From positions 768,001-832,000 of the forward strand of contig CBDCQT010000012.1 of NCBI GenBank assembly GCA_965220745.1: a DNA stretch of 64,000 nt, read 5' to 3'. Position 1 is the stretch's first letter, and every line of letters begins with the position of its first letter. Below, piece after piece: positions 9,941 through 19,342 of this stretch. The stretch comes from Alphaproteobacteria bacterium. GTDB lineage: Bacteria > Pseudomonadota > Alphaproteobacteria > UBA828. The notes below the pieces were generated by a model. It had not been told where the DNA came from. It did no database searches and saw nothing but the letters and a program-made list of their open reading frames with translations. Made by a program: the position numbers and the translations under genes.

Positions 9941-10201
9941 TCACGACGGTAGTTCGTCACCCGGCTCGGGCACCGAATCGGACGACCTGTTCAGATAGCG
10001 CGTCAAGTCGCCCTCGACCGCGCCTGCCGCTCGCTCCCTCAGGAAGGTCTCCGCGGTCTGGACGGCCCCGATCTTCTGCGCGACCGCCGCGACGATCCAC
10101 TGGTTGAGGGATACGCCGTCCTCTCGAGCAAGCCGTGCCGCCGTGTCCTTCAGGGATGCCGGCAATTGCAACGGATACTTGTAGCGCCGGGGATCGGTCA
10201 T
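9941..10201 (-). CDS. HicB-like ribbon-helix-helix antitoxin
   Basis: LQLPASL...AARLAREDGVSLNQWI..AVAQK RHH pattern; GAGGAG RBS. Confidence 0.78.
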   Translation of the reverse strand: MTDPRRYKYPLQLPASLKDTAARLAREDGVSLNQWIVAAVAQKIGAVQTAETFLRERAAGAVEGDLTRYLNRSSDSVPEPGDELPS

Positions 10202-10278
10202 GACGTCAGTCTCCTCACGATGTCGCCAGGGGTCACGATCTCAAGCCCCAAGTCCTGGATCGTGAGAAGATAGGCCAT
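10198..10278 (-). pseudogene. 26-codon chimeric remnant MAYLLTI-QDLGLEIVTPGDIVRRLTS: duplicated start of the 9430-9885 gene fused to a probable PIN-toxin C-terminus
   Basis: Translated by hand. ATGA overlap with the antitoxin start. First 7 residues are identical to those of the CopD-like gene. G.E..TPG...RRL resembles the C-termini of PIN-family toxins paired with this antitoxin type. Confidence 0.55.
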
Positions 10279-10359
10279 GGTCGATCCTCACTGGCTCCCA
10301 AGGGCACGTAACACGGGATCGCGGTGGAGACCACGGTAAGCAAGTTACACGCCCGTCGA

Positions 10360-10389
10360 TTGACAAGTGCTCGGGCGGCGCTATCTAAT
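10360..10389 (+). promoter_or_regulatory. Putative promoter of erpA-xth (TTGACA ... CTATCTAAT)
   Basis: Consensus -35 at 10360-10365 and an AT-rich -10 region 16-18 bp downstream. Confidence 0.4.
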
Positions 10390-10421
10390 CCTCAGGAGTT
10401 CAGACGGGGCCAACCGACGCC

Positions 10422-10796
10422 ATGGCACGCTCATTCGACACAGTGGTACCGATCGCCGCCGGGGACGAGCAGATCACGCTCTCGGCCAGCGCCGCGCGGC
10501 GGATCGCGGTGCTGATCGCCGATGAGGCCGATGCGGGGACGATGCTGCGGGTCAGCGTCTCGGGCGGCGGCTGCTCGGGCTTCCAGTACGGCTTCGCCTT
10601 CGAGACCGAGCAGCGGCCGGACGACATCGCCATCGAGCGGGACGGCGTCGTGGCACTGGTGGACCGGGTCTCGGCCGGCTACATGGCGGGCTCGGAAATC
10701 GACTACGTGGAAGACCTGATCGGCGCCTCCTTCCAGGTGAAGAACCCGAACGCGGTTTCCGGCTGCGGCTGCGGCACGTCCTTCTCCCTCGTCTGA
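10422..10796 (+). CDS. erpA: Iron-sulfur cluster insertion protein ErpA (HesB/IscA family)
   Basis: GGGCSGFQY and NPNA..GCGCGTSF motifs; directly upstream of xth. Confidence 0.9.
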   Translation: MARSFDTVVPIAAGDEQITLSASAARRIAVLIADEADAGTMLRVSVSGGGCSGFQYGFAFETEQRPDDIAIERDGVVALVDRVSAGYMAGSEIDYVEDLIGASFQVKNPNAVSGCGCGTSFSLV

Positions 10797-10800
10797 GCCC

Positions 10801-11574
10801 GTGCTCAAGATCGCGACCTGGAACGTCAATTCCATCAAGGTCCGCCTGCCCGCCGTGCTGGAGTGGCTGAGCAGCGCCGAGCCCGACGTGGTGCTGCTGC
10901 AGGAGACCAAGTCGCTGGACGAGGCGTTTCCGCGACTCGAGATCGAAGACTGTGGCTACAATCTCGCCGTCCACGGGCAGAAGACCTACAACGGCGTCGC
11001 GATCCTGAGCAAACGGCCGCTGGAGGATGTTTTCATCGGGCTTCCGGGCGACGAGGAGGACGAGCAGGCGCGCTATGTCGAGGCCACCACCGGCGGCGTC
11101 CGGGTCGCCTCGATCTACCTGCCCAACGGCAATCCGGTCGCGACTGAGAAGTTTCCCTACAAGCTCGCATGGATGGACCGGCTCACCGCGCGCGCAGACG
11201 AACTGCTCGGCCATGAGGAGCCGGTCGTGCTCGGCGGCGACTACAACGTCATTCCGGCCGATCTCGACTGCTACGATCCGCAGGCTTGGCAGGACGATGC
11301 GCTGTGCCGGCTCGAGTCGCGCTCGCGCTTCCGCACGCTGCTCTATAGCGGCTATACGGAGGCGTACCGCACGCTGCACCCGTATCGGCGGGCCTATACC
11401 TTCTGGGACTATCAGGCCGGTCGCTGGCAGCGGGGCGAGGGGCTCCGGATTGACCACCTGCTGCTCTCGCCCGAGGCAGCGGACCGCCTGGAAGCCTGCG
11501 AGATCGACGAGGGGCCGCGCGGCGGCGTGAAGGCCTCCGACCACACGCCGATCTGGTGCGCGCTGCGGGAATGA
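10801..11574 (+). CDS. xth: Exodeoxyribonuclease III
   Basis: ATWNVNS, LQETK, YNGVA, YLPNG, GDYN, RIDH, SDH.P. Confidence 0.95.
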   Translation: MLKIATWNVNSIKVRLPAVLEWLSSAEPDVVLLQETKSLDEAFPRLEIEDCGYNLAVHGQKTYNGVAILSKRPLEDVFIGLPGDEEDEQARYVEATTGGVRVASIYLPNGNPVATEKFPYKLAWMDRLTARADELLGHEEPVVLGGDYNVIPADLDCYDPQAWQDDALCRLESRSRFRTLLYSGYTEAYRTLHPYRRAYTFWDYQAGRWQRGEGLRIDHLLLSPEAADRLEACEIDEGPRGGVKASDHTPIWCALRE

Positions 11575-12002
11575 GCGAGGCGCCCGTCATCGAGGGCGGC
11601 TGCCGCTGCGGTGCCGTGCGCTACCGGGCCGAAGGCGGGCCGCTCTGGGTTTCCCATTGCCACTGCGAGGAATGCCGGCGGTCGTCCGGCGCGCCGGTCT
11701 CGACCTTCCTCGGCGTGCGCGACACCGGGTTCGCCTTCGTCGCCGGCACGCCCGGCATCTACGATAGCTCGCCGGACGTCGTGCGGAAGTTCTGTGGCGC
11801 CTGCGGCACACCGCTCACCTACGAGGCGGCGGTCTACCCCGGCGAGGTCCACATCATGGCGGGCACGCTCGACGAGCCGGAAACCCTCGCGCCGGAGCGG
11901 CACGTCTTTCTTCGCGACAGCATGCCGTGGCTGCCGATCGCGGACGACCTTCCGCGGCACGACACCCTGCCGCGCGGCGTGCCTCGGGTTCCTCGCGGCT
12001 AA
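11571..12002 (+). CDS. GFA (CENP-V/glutathione-dependent formaldehyde-activating) family protein
   Basis: GGCRCGAVRY, CHCEECRR, FCGACGT zinc motifs; ATGA overlap with xth. Confidence 0.9.
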   Translation: MSEAPVIEGGCRCGAVRYRAEGGPLWVSHCHCEECRRSSGAPVSTFLGVRDTGFAFVAGTPGIYDSSPDVVRKFCGACGTPLTYEAAVYPGEVHIMAGTLDEPETLAPERHVFLRDSMPWLPIADDLPRHDTLPRGVPRVPRG

Positions 12003-12078
12003 AGCGAGCCGCCTGGCTTCTTGACGGGAGAAATGTTGCGGGGCGAACGGCCTCGCCGCCCCGCGTCGCGTGGCCGCC

Positions 12079-12540
12079 TCAGGCGGCGGCGCGGAACATG
12101 CCGAATTCGTATTTCTTTTGCCCGGACGGGCCCTTGCTGTCCTTGGGCTCGCTGTCCACCTCGAAGTTCAGTTCGATGACCACCCCGCTCGGGTCGAGCA
12201 CGAAGAGTTGCCAGAGTCTGAAGTCCGGGATGTTCATCTGGCGCCACTCGCACTTGTGCTTCCTCAGCTTCTTCTTCATCTCGTCGAAGCCCGTCGCACG
12301 GAGCGCGATATGGTCTATCGGCGAGACCCGCTGGCTGTACTTGTAGTTCCCGCTGTGGGTCTTGGCGGGGTCGCCGCCGTAGATGTGGAACATGGTCTCG
12401 CCCATTTGGAGCCAGGCGCCGGGGAACGGGAATTCCGGGCGTTCGACCTGCTCCATGCCGAGCACGTCACGGTAGAACTTCACCGTCTCCTCAAGGTTCT
12501 TGGACTTGATGGCCACGTGGTGCAAGTCAAGCAAGGGCAT
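12079..12540 (-). CDS. VOC/glyoxalase family protein
   Basis: LHHVAI...L...FY.DVLG, FPGAWL, IDHIAL, DPSGVVIELNF; GGAGAG RBS. Only the C-terminal 153 aa of the track ORF is gene-like. Confidence 0.88.
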   Translation of the reverse strand: MPLLDLHHVAIKSKNLEETVKFYRDVLGMEQVERPEFPFPGAWLQMGETMFHIYGGDPAKTHSGNYKYSQRVSPIDHIALRATGFDEMKKKLRKHKCEWRQMNIPDFRLWQLFVLDPSGVVIELNFEVDSEPKDSKGPSGQKKYEFGMFRAAA

Positions 12541-12660
12541 GGCATCTCTCCTTCGCGCGCGCAGAGCGTGGCCGTATCTTAGCCCCTCAGCCGGGGGAGA
12601 CAACGGGCTATCGGCGGAAACGCGCCCGCCAGGCGCGGCGCATCGGAGGAGGAACGCGAC

Positions 12661-13635
12661 GTGAGTATGCTGCACGAGGACCTGATCGTCATCGACGGGC
12701 TCATCGTCTCTAACTGGTCGGAGGACGTGTTCCGCGACATGCGCAAGGGCGGGCTCACCGCCGCCAACTGTACCTGCTGCGTGTGGGAGGGCTTCGCCGA
12801 GACCATGGCCAACATCGCCCAGTGGAACGGCTGGTTCCGCGAGCACGACGACCTGATCGTCAAGGCGCGCACCACCGCCGACATCCGCAAGGCCAAGGAA
12901 GACGGGCGCACGGCGATCATCCTCGGCTTCCAGAACACCTCCGCCTTCGAGGACAAGCTGGGCGCGGTGCAGCTCTTCAAGGACGTGGGCGTCGGCATCG
13001 CCCAGCTCACCTACAACACGCAGAACCTCGCGGGCTCCGGCTGCTACGAGAGCCGCGATTCGGGGCTCAGCGACTGGGGCCGCGAGCTGGTGGCCGAGAT
13101 GAACCGGGTGGGGGTGCTGATCGACCTCAGCCACGTCGGCTCCAGGACGTCCGAGGAGACCATCCGAGAATCCGCCAAGCCCGTCGCCTACACCCACTGC
13201 CTGCCGTCCGCGCTCAAGCCGCACCCGCGCAACAAGGGCGACGGCGAGCTTCGCTTCATCGCAGAGCAGGGCGGCATGATCGGGGTCACCATGTTCCCGG
13301 CGTTTCTCAAGGGCGGCGAGAACTCGACGGTGGACGACTACGTGGAGGCGATCGAGCACGTGATCGGGGTCGCCGGCGAGGACTCGGTCGCCTTCGGCAC
13401 CGATTTCACCCAGGGATACGGCCAGGACTTCTTCGACTGGATCACCAACGACAAGGGCGACGCCCGCTCGCTCATCAAGTTCACCCCGCTCTCGAACCCC
13501 AAGGGCGTGGAGACCATCGGGCAACTCCCCAACCTCACGGCGGCCATGGAGCGCGCCGGCTGGACCGAGGGGCGCATCCGCAAGGTCATGGGCGAGAACT
13601 GGCTGCGCTTCCTCGCCGAGGTGTGGGGGGAGTGA
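12661..13635 (+). CDS. Membrane dipeptidase family protein (peptidase M19)
   Basis: GFQN, QLTYN, IDLSH, HPRNK, GTDF, KVMGENWLR; GGAGGAGG RBS. Confidence 0.9.
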   Translation: MSMLHEDLIVIDGLIVSNWSEDVFRDMRKGGLTAANCTCCVWEGFAETMANIAQWNGWFREHDDLIVKARTTADIRKAKEDGRTAIILGFQNTSAFEDKLGAVQLFKDVGVGIAQLTYNTQNLAGSGCYESRDSGLSDWGRELVAEMNRVGVLIDLSHVGSRTSEETIRESAKPVAYTHCLPSALKPHPRNKGDGELRFIAEQGGMIGVTMFPAFLKGGENSTVDDYVEAIEHVIGVAGEDSVAFGTDFTQGYGQDFFDWITNDKGDARSLIKFTPLSNPKGVETIGQLPNLTAAMERAGWTEGRIRKVMGENWLRFLAEVWGE

Positions 13636-13639
13636 AGAG

Positions 13640-14263
13640 TTACGGTCTCAACGTCATGGTGCCATCGCGGACCTCGTAGCCGCTCAGGCGCTCGAGCGCG
13701 CTGATCCCGAGCAGCGAGTGCGGCAGGCGCTCGCCGTTGACCACGGCGCGCACGTTGCTCAGGCGGATGTCACCGAGCTCGAGCGAGCGGATGACGACCG
13801 GCGCGGCGCGCACGATGCCGCCGGCGGTGTGCAGGCGTTGGGAGAAGTTCAGCTCTGAGCGGTCGAAGCCGATGCGCTCGGCGTCGTCAGGGCTGAGCGC
13901 CACCAGGCTCGCGCCGGTATCGATCAGGAATCGGACCTCGGCGCCGTTCACGCGGGAATCGATGTAGAAGTGGCCGTCGCGGTGGGCGCGCACGCGCACG
14001 GCGCCCTCCTCGGTGGTCACCGCCGCGTAGGGGACGATCTCACCGCTCAGCCGGTTCACGAGGTCCGTGAGCTCGAAACGGTAGCTGTAGCCGATCGCGA
14101 GAATGCCCGCGAGCGCGAGCCAGATGGCTGCGTGGCGCAGCCGGCGCAGCAGCGCGCCGGGCGCGGGCTTTCGCGGCGGTGGCGGGGGCTGCGGAGACGA
14201 CCCCAGCCGATGCCAGCCGGTCTCCCGGCGCAAGCGGCTCCAGGGGCCGCGTTCGGCGCTCAT
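13640..14263 (-). CDS. Clan AA retropepsin-like aspartic protease (TIGR02281 type)
   Basis: DGHFY, FLIDTGAS, SLLG.S.L motifs and an N-terminal TM helix; start uncertain. Confidence 0.85.
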   Translation of the reverse strand: MSAERGPWSRLRRETGWHRLGSSPQPPPPPRKPAPGALLRRLRHAAIWLALAGILAIGYSYRFELTDLVNRLSGEIVPYAAVTTEEGAVRVRAHRDGHFYIDSRVNGAEVRFLIDTGASLVALSPDDAERIGFDRSELNFSQRLHTAGGIVRAAPVVIRSLELGDIRLSNVRAVVNGERLPHSLLGISALERLSGYEVRDGTMTLRP

Positions 14264-14544
14264 GGCCGGTCCGTCCGGACTACCCCACGACTCTCCCTCG
14301 CGCTGCGCGGAAGAGGCCCAAGCCAGCCTATCGCGATGCCGCCCATATGTACCGATCTGGTGTCGCGGAGCGGACTTTTCCAGTCGCAGCGCTCGGCCCG
14401 CGAACCGCTTAGGGACCATCTATTGGTTTTTTCTATGAGGGTGGCCTCTCTTTTGTATTTGGCATTATGGCTATGCCGATTACGTGAGTCCTCAAGAGAC
14501 GCCCTTCGGATTGTTCCCGGAGGGAAACGCGAGGACTCAGGAGC

Positions 14545-14799
14545 ATGGCCGTTTACGCAACGGGCACACGGTCAACGAATCCAATCGACGCGACGCGGTC
14601 CGCTTCGGCGGAGCCGATGCTTGTGGAACGCTCAGGCACCGACCTGGTGGTCCGCGCCCCGGCCGGACATGCGAAAAGGTCCACGTCGGAGGCCCGCGAC
14701 GGCGTGCGCGCGGCTGCCTCGGTCATGGGCTGGGTCCTGTGGATCTTGTTGGCGCTGACAATGGCGGCGTTCCTGGCCTTCGCGCCGTCGATGCTGTAG
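14545..14799 (+). CDS. Small hypothetical protein with a C-terminal TM helix
   Basis: GGAG RBS; occupies an otherwise empty gap; hydrophobic C-terminus WVLWILLALTMAAFLAF. Confidence 0.5.
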   Translation: MAVYATGTRSTNPIDATRSASAEPMLVERSGTDLVVRAPAGHAKRSTSEARDGVRAAASVMGWVLWILLALTMAAFLAFAPSML

Positions 14800-14824
14800 C
14801 CGCCGGGCCGCGCGCTTTCCCGTC

Positions 14825-15838
14825 TCATCCGGGACCGCCCGAGCCGTCAGCCGCTGTCCCGGTCTCCTTCGCGGTCTTCGCCAGCAGGTGCGCGCCCGAG
14901 GTCGTCGGCGCGTAGCGGGGCGGCTCCTCCGGGCTCCGGCAGGTCGGCAGGCATTCGATCAGGGCGTCGTAATTCGGTTGGTGGAAGAAGGCGATGGAGG
15001 CGCGCCGGCTGCCCGCGCGCCGCTCCGCCGGCGGGTTGACCACACGGTGCAGCGTCGAGACCCAGCGGTCGTTGGTCCACTGCGCCATGAGGTCGCCGAG
15101 GTTGACGATGAAGGTGTCGGGCACGGGCGCGACATCGCTCCACGTCCCGTCGCCGCCGCGCACCTGCAGGCCACCGGCGGCTTCCGTCGCCAGCAGTATC
15201 GTGAGGCTGCCGTAGTCGGAGTGCGCGCCGGCGCGCAGCTGATCGGGCAGGGGAGGGCCCTCGGCCTCCGCATAGTGGTTGAGGCGCATGGCGGTGATGT
15301 GACGGTCGATCTTGTCGGCGAAGAACGTCTCGGGCATGTCGAGCGCCAGCGCGAAGATGCGCATGAGGATGTCTGCCAGGCGCTCCATCGCGCGGTAGTA
15401 GGCGCAGAGGCTCCGCCGGAAGCCGGGCGGTCGGGCGGGCCAGATGTTGGGCTCGAACCAGGTCTCGCGGTGGGCGCTGTAGTAGGGGGCCTCCGGCAGA
15501 TCAAAGCGCCCGAAGGTGAAGGCCTCGATCAGGTCGGGCGGCGACTCGCGGTCGAGGGTGTAGGCCAACGCGTTGCCGCCGACCGGCAGATAGCCCCGGC
15601 GAAAGTCGCCCTTCGCCGATATCCACCGGCGCTTCTCGGCATCGTCCAGGTCGAAGAACGCCCAGGTCGCCTCCAGGCAGTCGTCCACGGCTGCGGGCGG
15701 GACGCCGTGGCCGGCGACGATCAGGAAGCCGATGCGGCGGCAGGCCTCATCGACGGCCTTGGCCACGGCGGCCTTTTCGGCGCCGTCACCGCTCAGGAAC
15801 GGCGCGATGTCGACCACGGGAACGGCGCTCTCGCTCAT
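14825..15838 (-). CDS. 2-oxoglutarate/Fe(II) oxygenase, isopenicillin N synthase family
   Basis: HSDYG, NLGD, STLHRV and R.S.AFF facial-triad and 2OG-binding motifs. Confidence 0.92.
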   Translation of the reverse strand: MSESAVPVVDIAPFLSGDGAEKAAVAKAVDEACRRIGFLIVAGHGVPPAAVDDCLEATWAFFDLDDAEKRRWISAKGDFRRGYLPVGGNALAYTLDRESPPDLIEAFTFGRFDLPEAPYYSAHRETWFEPNIWPARPPGFRRSLCAYYRAMERLADILMRIFALALDMPETFFADKIDRHITAMRLNHYAEAEGPPLPDQLRAGAHSDYGSLTILLATEAAGGLQVRGGDGTWSDVAPVPDTFIVNLGDLMAQWTNDRWVSTLHRVVNPPAERRAGSRRASIAFFHQPNYDALIECLPTCRSPEEPPRYAPTTSGAHLLAKTAKETGTAADGSGGPG

Positions 15839-15981
15839 GGCGCGGTCATGGTGTCACGGCGGAGGGGATCGGGCCACACCGGACCACGCCCGTGCTCTTG
15901 CCGGCCGCGCCGCAATGAGGCAAACAGCCGCAGCGGAGGGGCTCCCGAACGACCCCGTCCGGAAGGGAGAACACGAGTACC

Positions 15982-16692
15982 GTGACGCGGATCGTCCTGG
16001 TGACCCATTCGGAGCGCGCCAATCCCGGCAAGGTGCGCGAGGCGCTGCATGCGCGGGGTTGCGAGACCGAGGTCTGCTTCGTTGCCGGCGGCGCGGCGCT
16101 CCCGCCCATGAACGGCGGCCGCCTGCAAGGCTACGACGGGGCCGCGGTTTTCGGCGGCCCGATGAGCGCGTGCGATGTCGACGAGCATGCGTTCCTGCGT
16201 GAAGAGACCGAATGGATCTCCGCGCAGCTCGCGGCCGACGCGCCGCTTCTCGGCATCTGTCTCGGCGCCCAGATCATGGCCCGCGCCCTCGGCGGGCGCG
16301 TCTATCCCCATCCCGAGGGATTGTGCGAGGTCGGCTATCAGCCGCTCGATCCCGCCAACGAGGATTGTCCGCTGTTCCCGTCGCCCATTCATGTCTTTCA
16401 CTGGCACCGCGAAGGCTTCGACCTGCCGCCGGGGGCGGAGCTGCTGGCGCGGGGCGTCATCTTCGAGAACCAGGCGTTCAGCCACGGCGCGCGGGCGTTC
16501 GGGGTCCAGTTTCACCCGGAGATGACGCCGGTGACGCATGAGCGCTGGCTCAACAACCCGAAGGCCCAGAAATACTTTTCGCGGCCGGAGGTTCCCTCCG
16601 CCGACCGGCAGCGCGCCGACTCCGTGCGCTACGACCCGGCGGTGCACCGCTGGCTGGACGGCTTTCTCGATCTCTGGCTGGAGCGCTTTTAG
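15982..16692 (+). CDS. Type 1 glutamine amidotransferase (GMP-synthase GATase-like)
   Basis: GGPMS, LGICLGAQ, QFHPE catalytic triad. Confidence 0.9.
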   Translation: MTRIVLVTHSERANPGKVREALHARGCETEVCFVAGGAALPPMNGGRLQGYDGAAVFGGPMSACDVDEHAFLREETEWISAQLAADAPLLGICLGAQIMARALGGRVYPHPEGLCEVGYQPLDPANEDCPLFPSPIHVFHWHREGFDLPPGAELLARGVIFENQAFSHGARAFGVQFHPEMTPVTHERWLNNPKAQKYFSRPEVPSADRQRADSVRYDPAVHRWLDGFLDLWLERF

Positions 16693-16745
16693 CCCGCACT
16701 TCTCGCCAACGTCGCGATCCGGATCGGCGTCCCACCTGGGGCGAA

Positions 16746-16917
16746 CTTAATTTCATGCGGGACACGCCGGGATTCTGCGGGACAGGCGGTCAAGGGGCGG
16801 GACGCGATCCCGGTGAGAGTTGCGTTTGGTCCTGCCGGTCGTGGCCACTCTTTCTTGCGCTGCATGAGGCGAGCCTGACGCGCCCGCCGCGTGCCGTGCA
16901 CCGCACCATGGTCCGGG
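16746..16917 (+). repeat. Dispersed non-coding element, copy A (collapsed form)
   Basis: Shares an exact 25-mer (16893-16917) and the TGCGGGAC..CCGGGATTC..CGGGACAG block with 54466-54726 on the opposite strand. Confidence 0.75.
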
Positions 16918-16927
16918 CTCGATTCGT

Positions 16928-16960
16928 TAGAGCGTGTCCGTCAAAGACGAACACGCTCTA
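16928..16960. repeat. REP-like hairpin TAGAGCGTGTCCGTC-AAA-GACGAACACGCTCTA
   Basis: 14 of 15 bp stem; related copy at 37783-37811. Confidence 0.75.
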
Positions 16961-16990
16961 GTCGAGCTGGGCCGCCTCGCTCGACAGGAC

Positions 16991-17031
16991 AAGAAAAAGG
17001 GCGGCGGGGGGTCTTGCATCCCCCGCCGCCC
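16991..17031 (-). terminator. Rho-independent terminator of the iorAB-like operon
   Basis: 12-bp GC stem GGGCGGCGGGGG/CCCCCGCCGCCC followed on the minus strand by TTTTTCTT; 14 bp after the stop codon. Confidence 0.85.
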
Positions 17032-17045
17032 GGTCGTCCGCGAGT

Positions 17046-19340
17046 TTACGCAGACATCAGTTGATCGCCGATCGGCAGCCTGCGGATGCGCTTGCCGGTG
17101 GCGTTAAAGATCGCGTTGACCAGCGCCGGCGTGTACGGCGGCACGCCGGGCTCGCCCACTCCGCACGGGCGCAGATGCGTGAAGTCCTCGACGATGTGCG
17201 TGCGCACATCGAGAGGTGCATCGTCCATACGGGTGATGGTGTAGTCGTGGAAGTTGCTCTGGTCGACCGCCCCCTGGGTGGTGGTGATCTGCCCATGCAT
17301 CGCGACCGAATGGCCGTAAATGGCAGCACCCTCCATCTGCTTCTTCACCCCTTCCGGATTGACATAGCGGCCGCAGTCGATCGCCATGTCCACCTGCGGG
17401 ATGTGAAGCGAGCCGTCGTCCCGGACGACAACATGCACCGCACACCCCACGTAGCTGTGGAAGCTGCGGTGGCACGCGATGCCCAGGCCATGGCCTGGCG
17501 GCATCGCCTTGCCGTAGCCCGACTTCTCGGTCACCACGCGAAGTACGTTGGAGAGCCGCTTCGGCATGATCGGCCAATCCTCGATCGAGTCGCCGTAGTT
17601 CCAGTGCTCCGGGACGCCGTCCTGGGTGAGGTCCATCACGTCCGCATCGCCGATCAGCTCCAGCAGGAACTCGACCGGGTCGCGGCCGGCAGCCTCCGCC
17701 AGCTCGTTCGCGAAGCAGTTCATCGCAAACGCGTGCTGGATGTTGTTGACCGAGCGATACCAGCCGACCCGGATCATGGCGTCGGCCTCGCCGTTCTCGA
17801 TGCGGAGGTTCGGCACCTGGTTATAGGGCGTGTCGATGAGGCCAAGCCCGTACTCAAGCGCATGGCCGGTCCGCATCGTCGGTGCCCAGAGCGCGATGAG
17901 CGTGGGCCACGCGCCCGAGTGATGCCACGCCGTGACATTGCCCGAGTCGTCGAGCCCTGCTCTCAGGCGATGGGCGCTCGCGGCGTGGTAGAAGCCCTGC
18001 TGGATCTCGTCCTCGCGCGTCCACTGCACCCGCACCGGGGCACCGATCTTGCTGGAAAGGATCGCCGCCTCGCACGCGAAGTCGGGCTTGGATTTGCGGC
18101 CGAAGCCGCCGCCCAGCAGCGTCACCTCGCACTCGACATCGGTCTGCTCGATGCCCAACGCGTCCGCCACGTATTGCCGGACCCAGTTGGGTGCCTGAGT
18201 CGAGGTCACGACCTTGACCGGCATCTGCGTGGCGTCGGCGAGCGCCACCGGCGGCTCCATCGGCGTGTGGATGAAGTAGGGCACGAAGTACTCGGCCTCC
18301 ATCACCTGGGCGGCCGAGCCCAGCGCCTCGTCGACGTTGCCGCGATCGCGGATGACGTGACCGCCGGCACGGGCCGAAGCCATGAGCTCGTCGTTGTAGG
18401 TGCTCGAATCGTGCCGGACGTTGGGGCCGCCATCCCACTCGATGACGAGCCTGTCACGTCCTTCCATTACCGACCACGTGTTGGTGCCGATCACCGCGAC
18501 GCCACCCAACGCCCGGAACTCGGCCGGCTTGTCGTCGGCAAGCGCCGGAATCTCGATCACCTGCTCGACGCCCGGAACCTTGAGCGCCTCGCTGGCGTCG
18601 AACGACTTCACCTTGCCGCGATAGACCGGCGGGCGCGCCACGACGGCGATCTTCATGCCGGGCACGCTGATGTCGGCGCCGTAGGTGGCGCCGCCGGTGC
18701 TCATGTCGTAGTTGTCGACCACCGGCATGTCGCGGCCGATGTACTTCCACTGCGACTTGTCCTTGAGCTTCGGCGCCGCGTCGCCGGTCGGCACCGCGAT
18801 GTCGGCGGCGGCGTCCACCACCTCGCCGAAGTCGAACCACTGGCCCGTACCGGAGTGGTAGAGGCGATGGTCCTTGGCATAGACCTCGCTGGGATCGACG
18901 CCCCACTTCCTGGCCGCTGCCTGCTCAAGCACATAGCGGCCGGCCGCGCCCAGCTCGCGCATGATTTCGAAATGGTGGCGGGTGCTGCGTGAGCCGTCGG
19001 TGTTCTGCTGGTCCTTGCCGGCGGGGTCGAACTTGGTCTCGTCGCCCGGTGCCTGCCAGATCTTGACCCGCTGCCAGTCGGCTTCGAGCTCGTCGGCCAG
19101 GATCATCGGTATGCCGGTGCGCACGCCCTGACCCATCTCGGAGCGGCTGCACGTGAGCGTGACCGTTCCGTCGTCCGAAATCTCGACGAAGAGATTGGGC
19201 TTGACCGAGTTGCCGTTGGCCTGGCCGCGCGCCGTCGAGATCAGGGAACCGGTGGAGACGTTGGCGCCGAGCACGAAGGCGCCCGTGACGCCGGCGGACT
19301 TCAGGAAGGTGCGCCGGCTGATGTTCTGCACGCCGAACAT
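17046..19340 (-). CDS. Xanthine dehydrogenase family molybdopterin-binding subunit (IorB-like), Tat signal
   Basis: SRRTFLK, EMGQG, LGGGFGRK, QMEG, GVGEPG motifs. Confidence 0.92.
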   Translation of the reverse strand: MFGVQNISRRTFLKSAGVTGAFVLGANVSTGSLISTARGQANGNSVKPNLFVEISDDGTVTLTCSRSEMGQGVRTGIPMILADELEADWQRVKIWQAPGDETKFDPAGKDQQNTDGSRSTRHHFEIMRELGAAGRYVLEQAAARKWGVDPSEVYAKDHRLYHSGTGQWFDFGEVVDAAADIAVPTGDAAPKLKDKSQWKYIGRDMPVVDNYDMSTGGATYGADISVPGMKIAVVARPPVYRGKVKSFDASEALKVPGVEQVIEIPALADDKPAEFRALGGVAVIGTNTWSVMEGRDRLVIEWDGGPNVRHDSSTYNDELMASARAGGHVIRDRGNVDEALGSAAQVMEAEYFVPYFIHTPMEPPVALADATQMPVKVVTSTQAPNWVRQYVADALGIEQTDVECEVTLLGGGFGRKSKPDFACEAAILSSKIGAPVRVQWTREDEIQQGFYHAASAHRLRAGLDDSGNVTAWHHSGAWPTLIALWAPTMRTGHALEYGLGLIDTPYNQVPNLRIENGEADAMIRVGWYRSVNNIQHAFAMNCFANELAEAAGRDPVEFLLELIGDADVMDLTQDGVPEHWNYGDSIEDWPIMPKRLSNVLRVVTEKSGYGKAMPPGHGLGIACHRSFHSYVGCAVHVVVRDDGSLHIPQVDMAIDCGRYVNPEGVKKQMEGAAIYGHSVAMHGQITTTQGAVDQSNFHDYTITRMDDAPLDVRTHIVEDFTHLRPCGVGEPGVPPYTPALVNAIFNATGKRIRRLPIGDQLMSA

Positions 19341-19342
19341 GG

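Larger units (their letters stand above)
9863..10280. repeat. Imperfect direct repeat TGGATCGTGAG(T/A)AGATAGGCCATGG at 9863-9887 and 10256-10280
   Basis: 24 of 25 bp identical, with weaker similarity continuing over the RBS (CCTC..CTGG). Confidence 0.85.

Noticed and set aside
12079-13524. 481-aa ORF as a single gene
   Set aside because: Antisense shadow of the dipeptidase read through into the real VOC gene (12079-12540).
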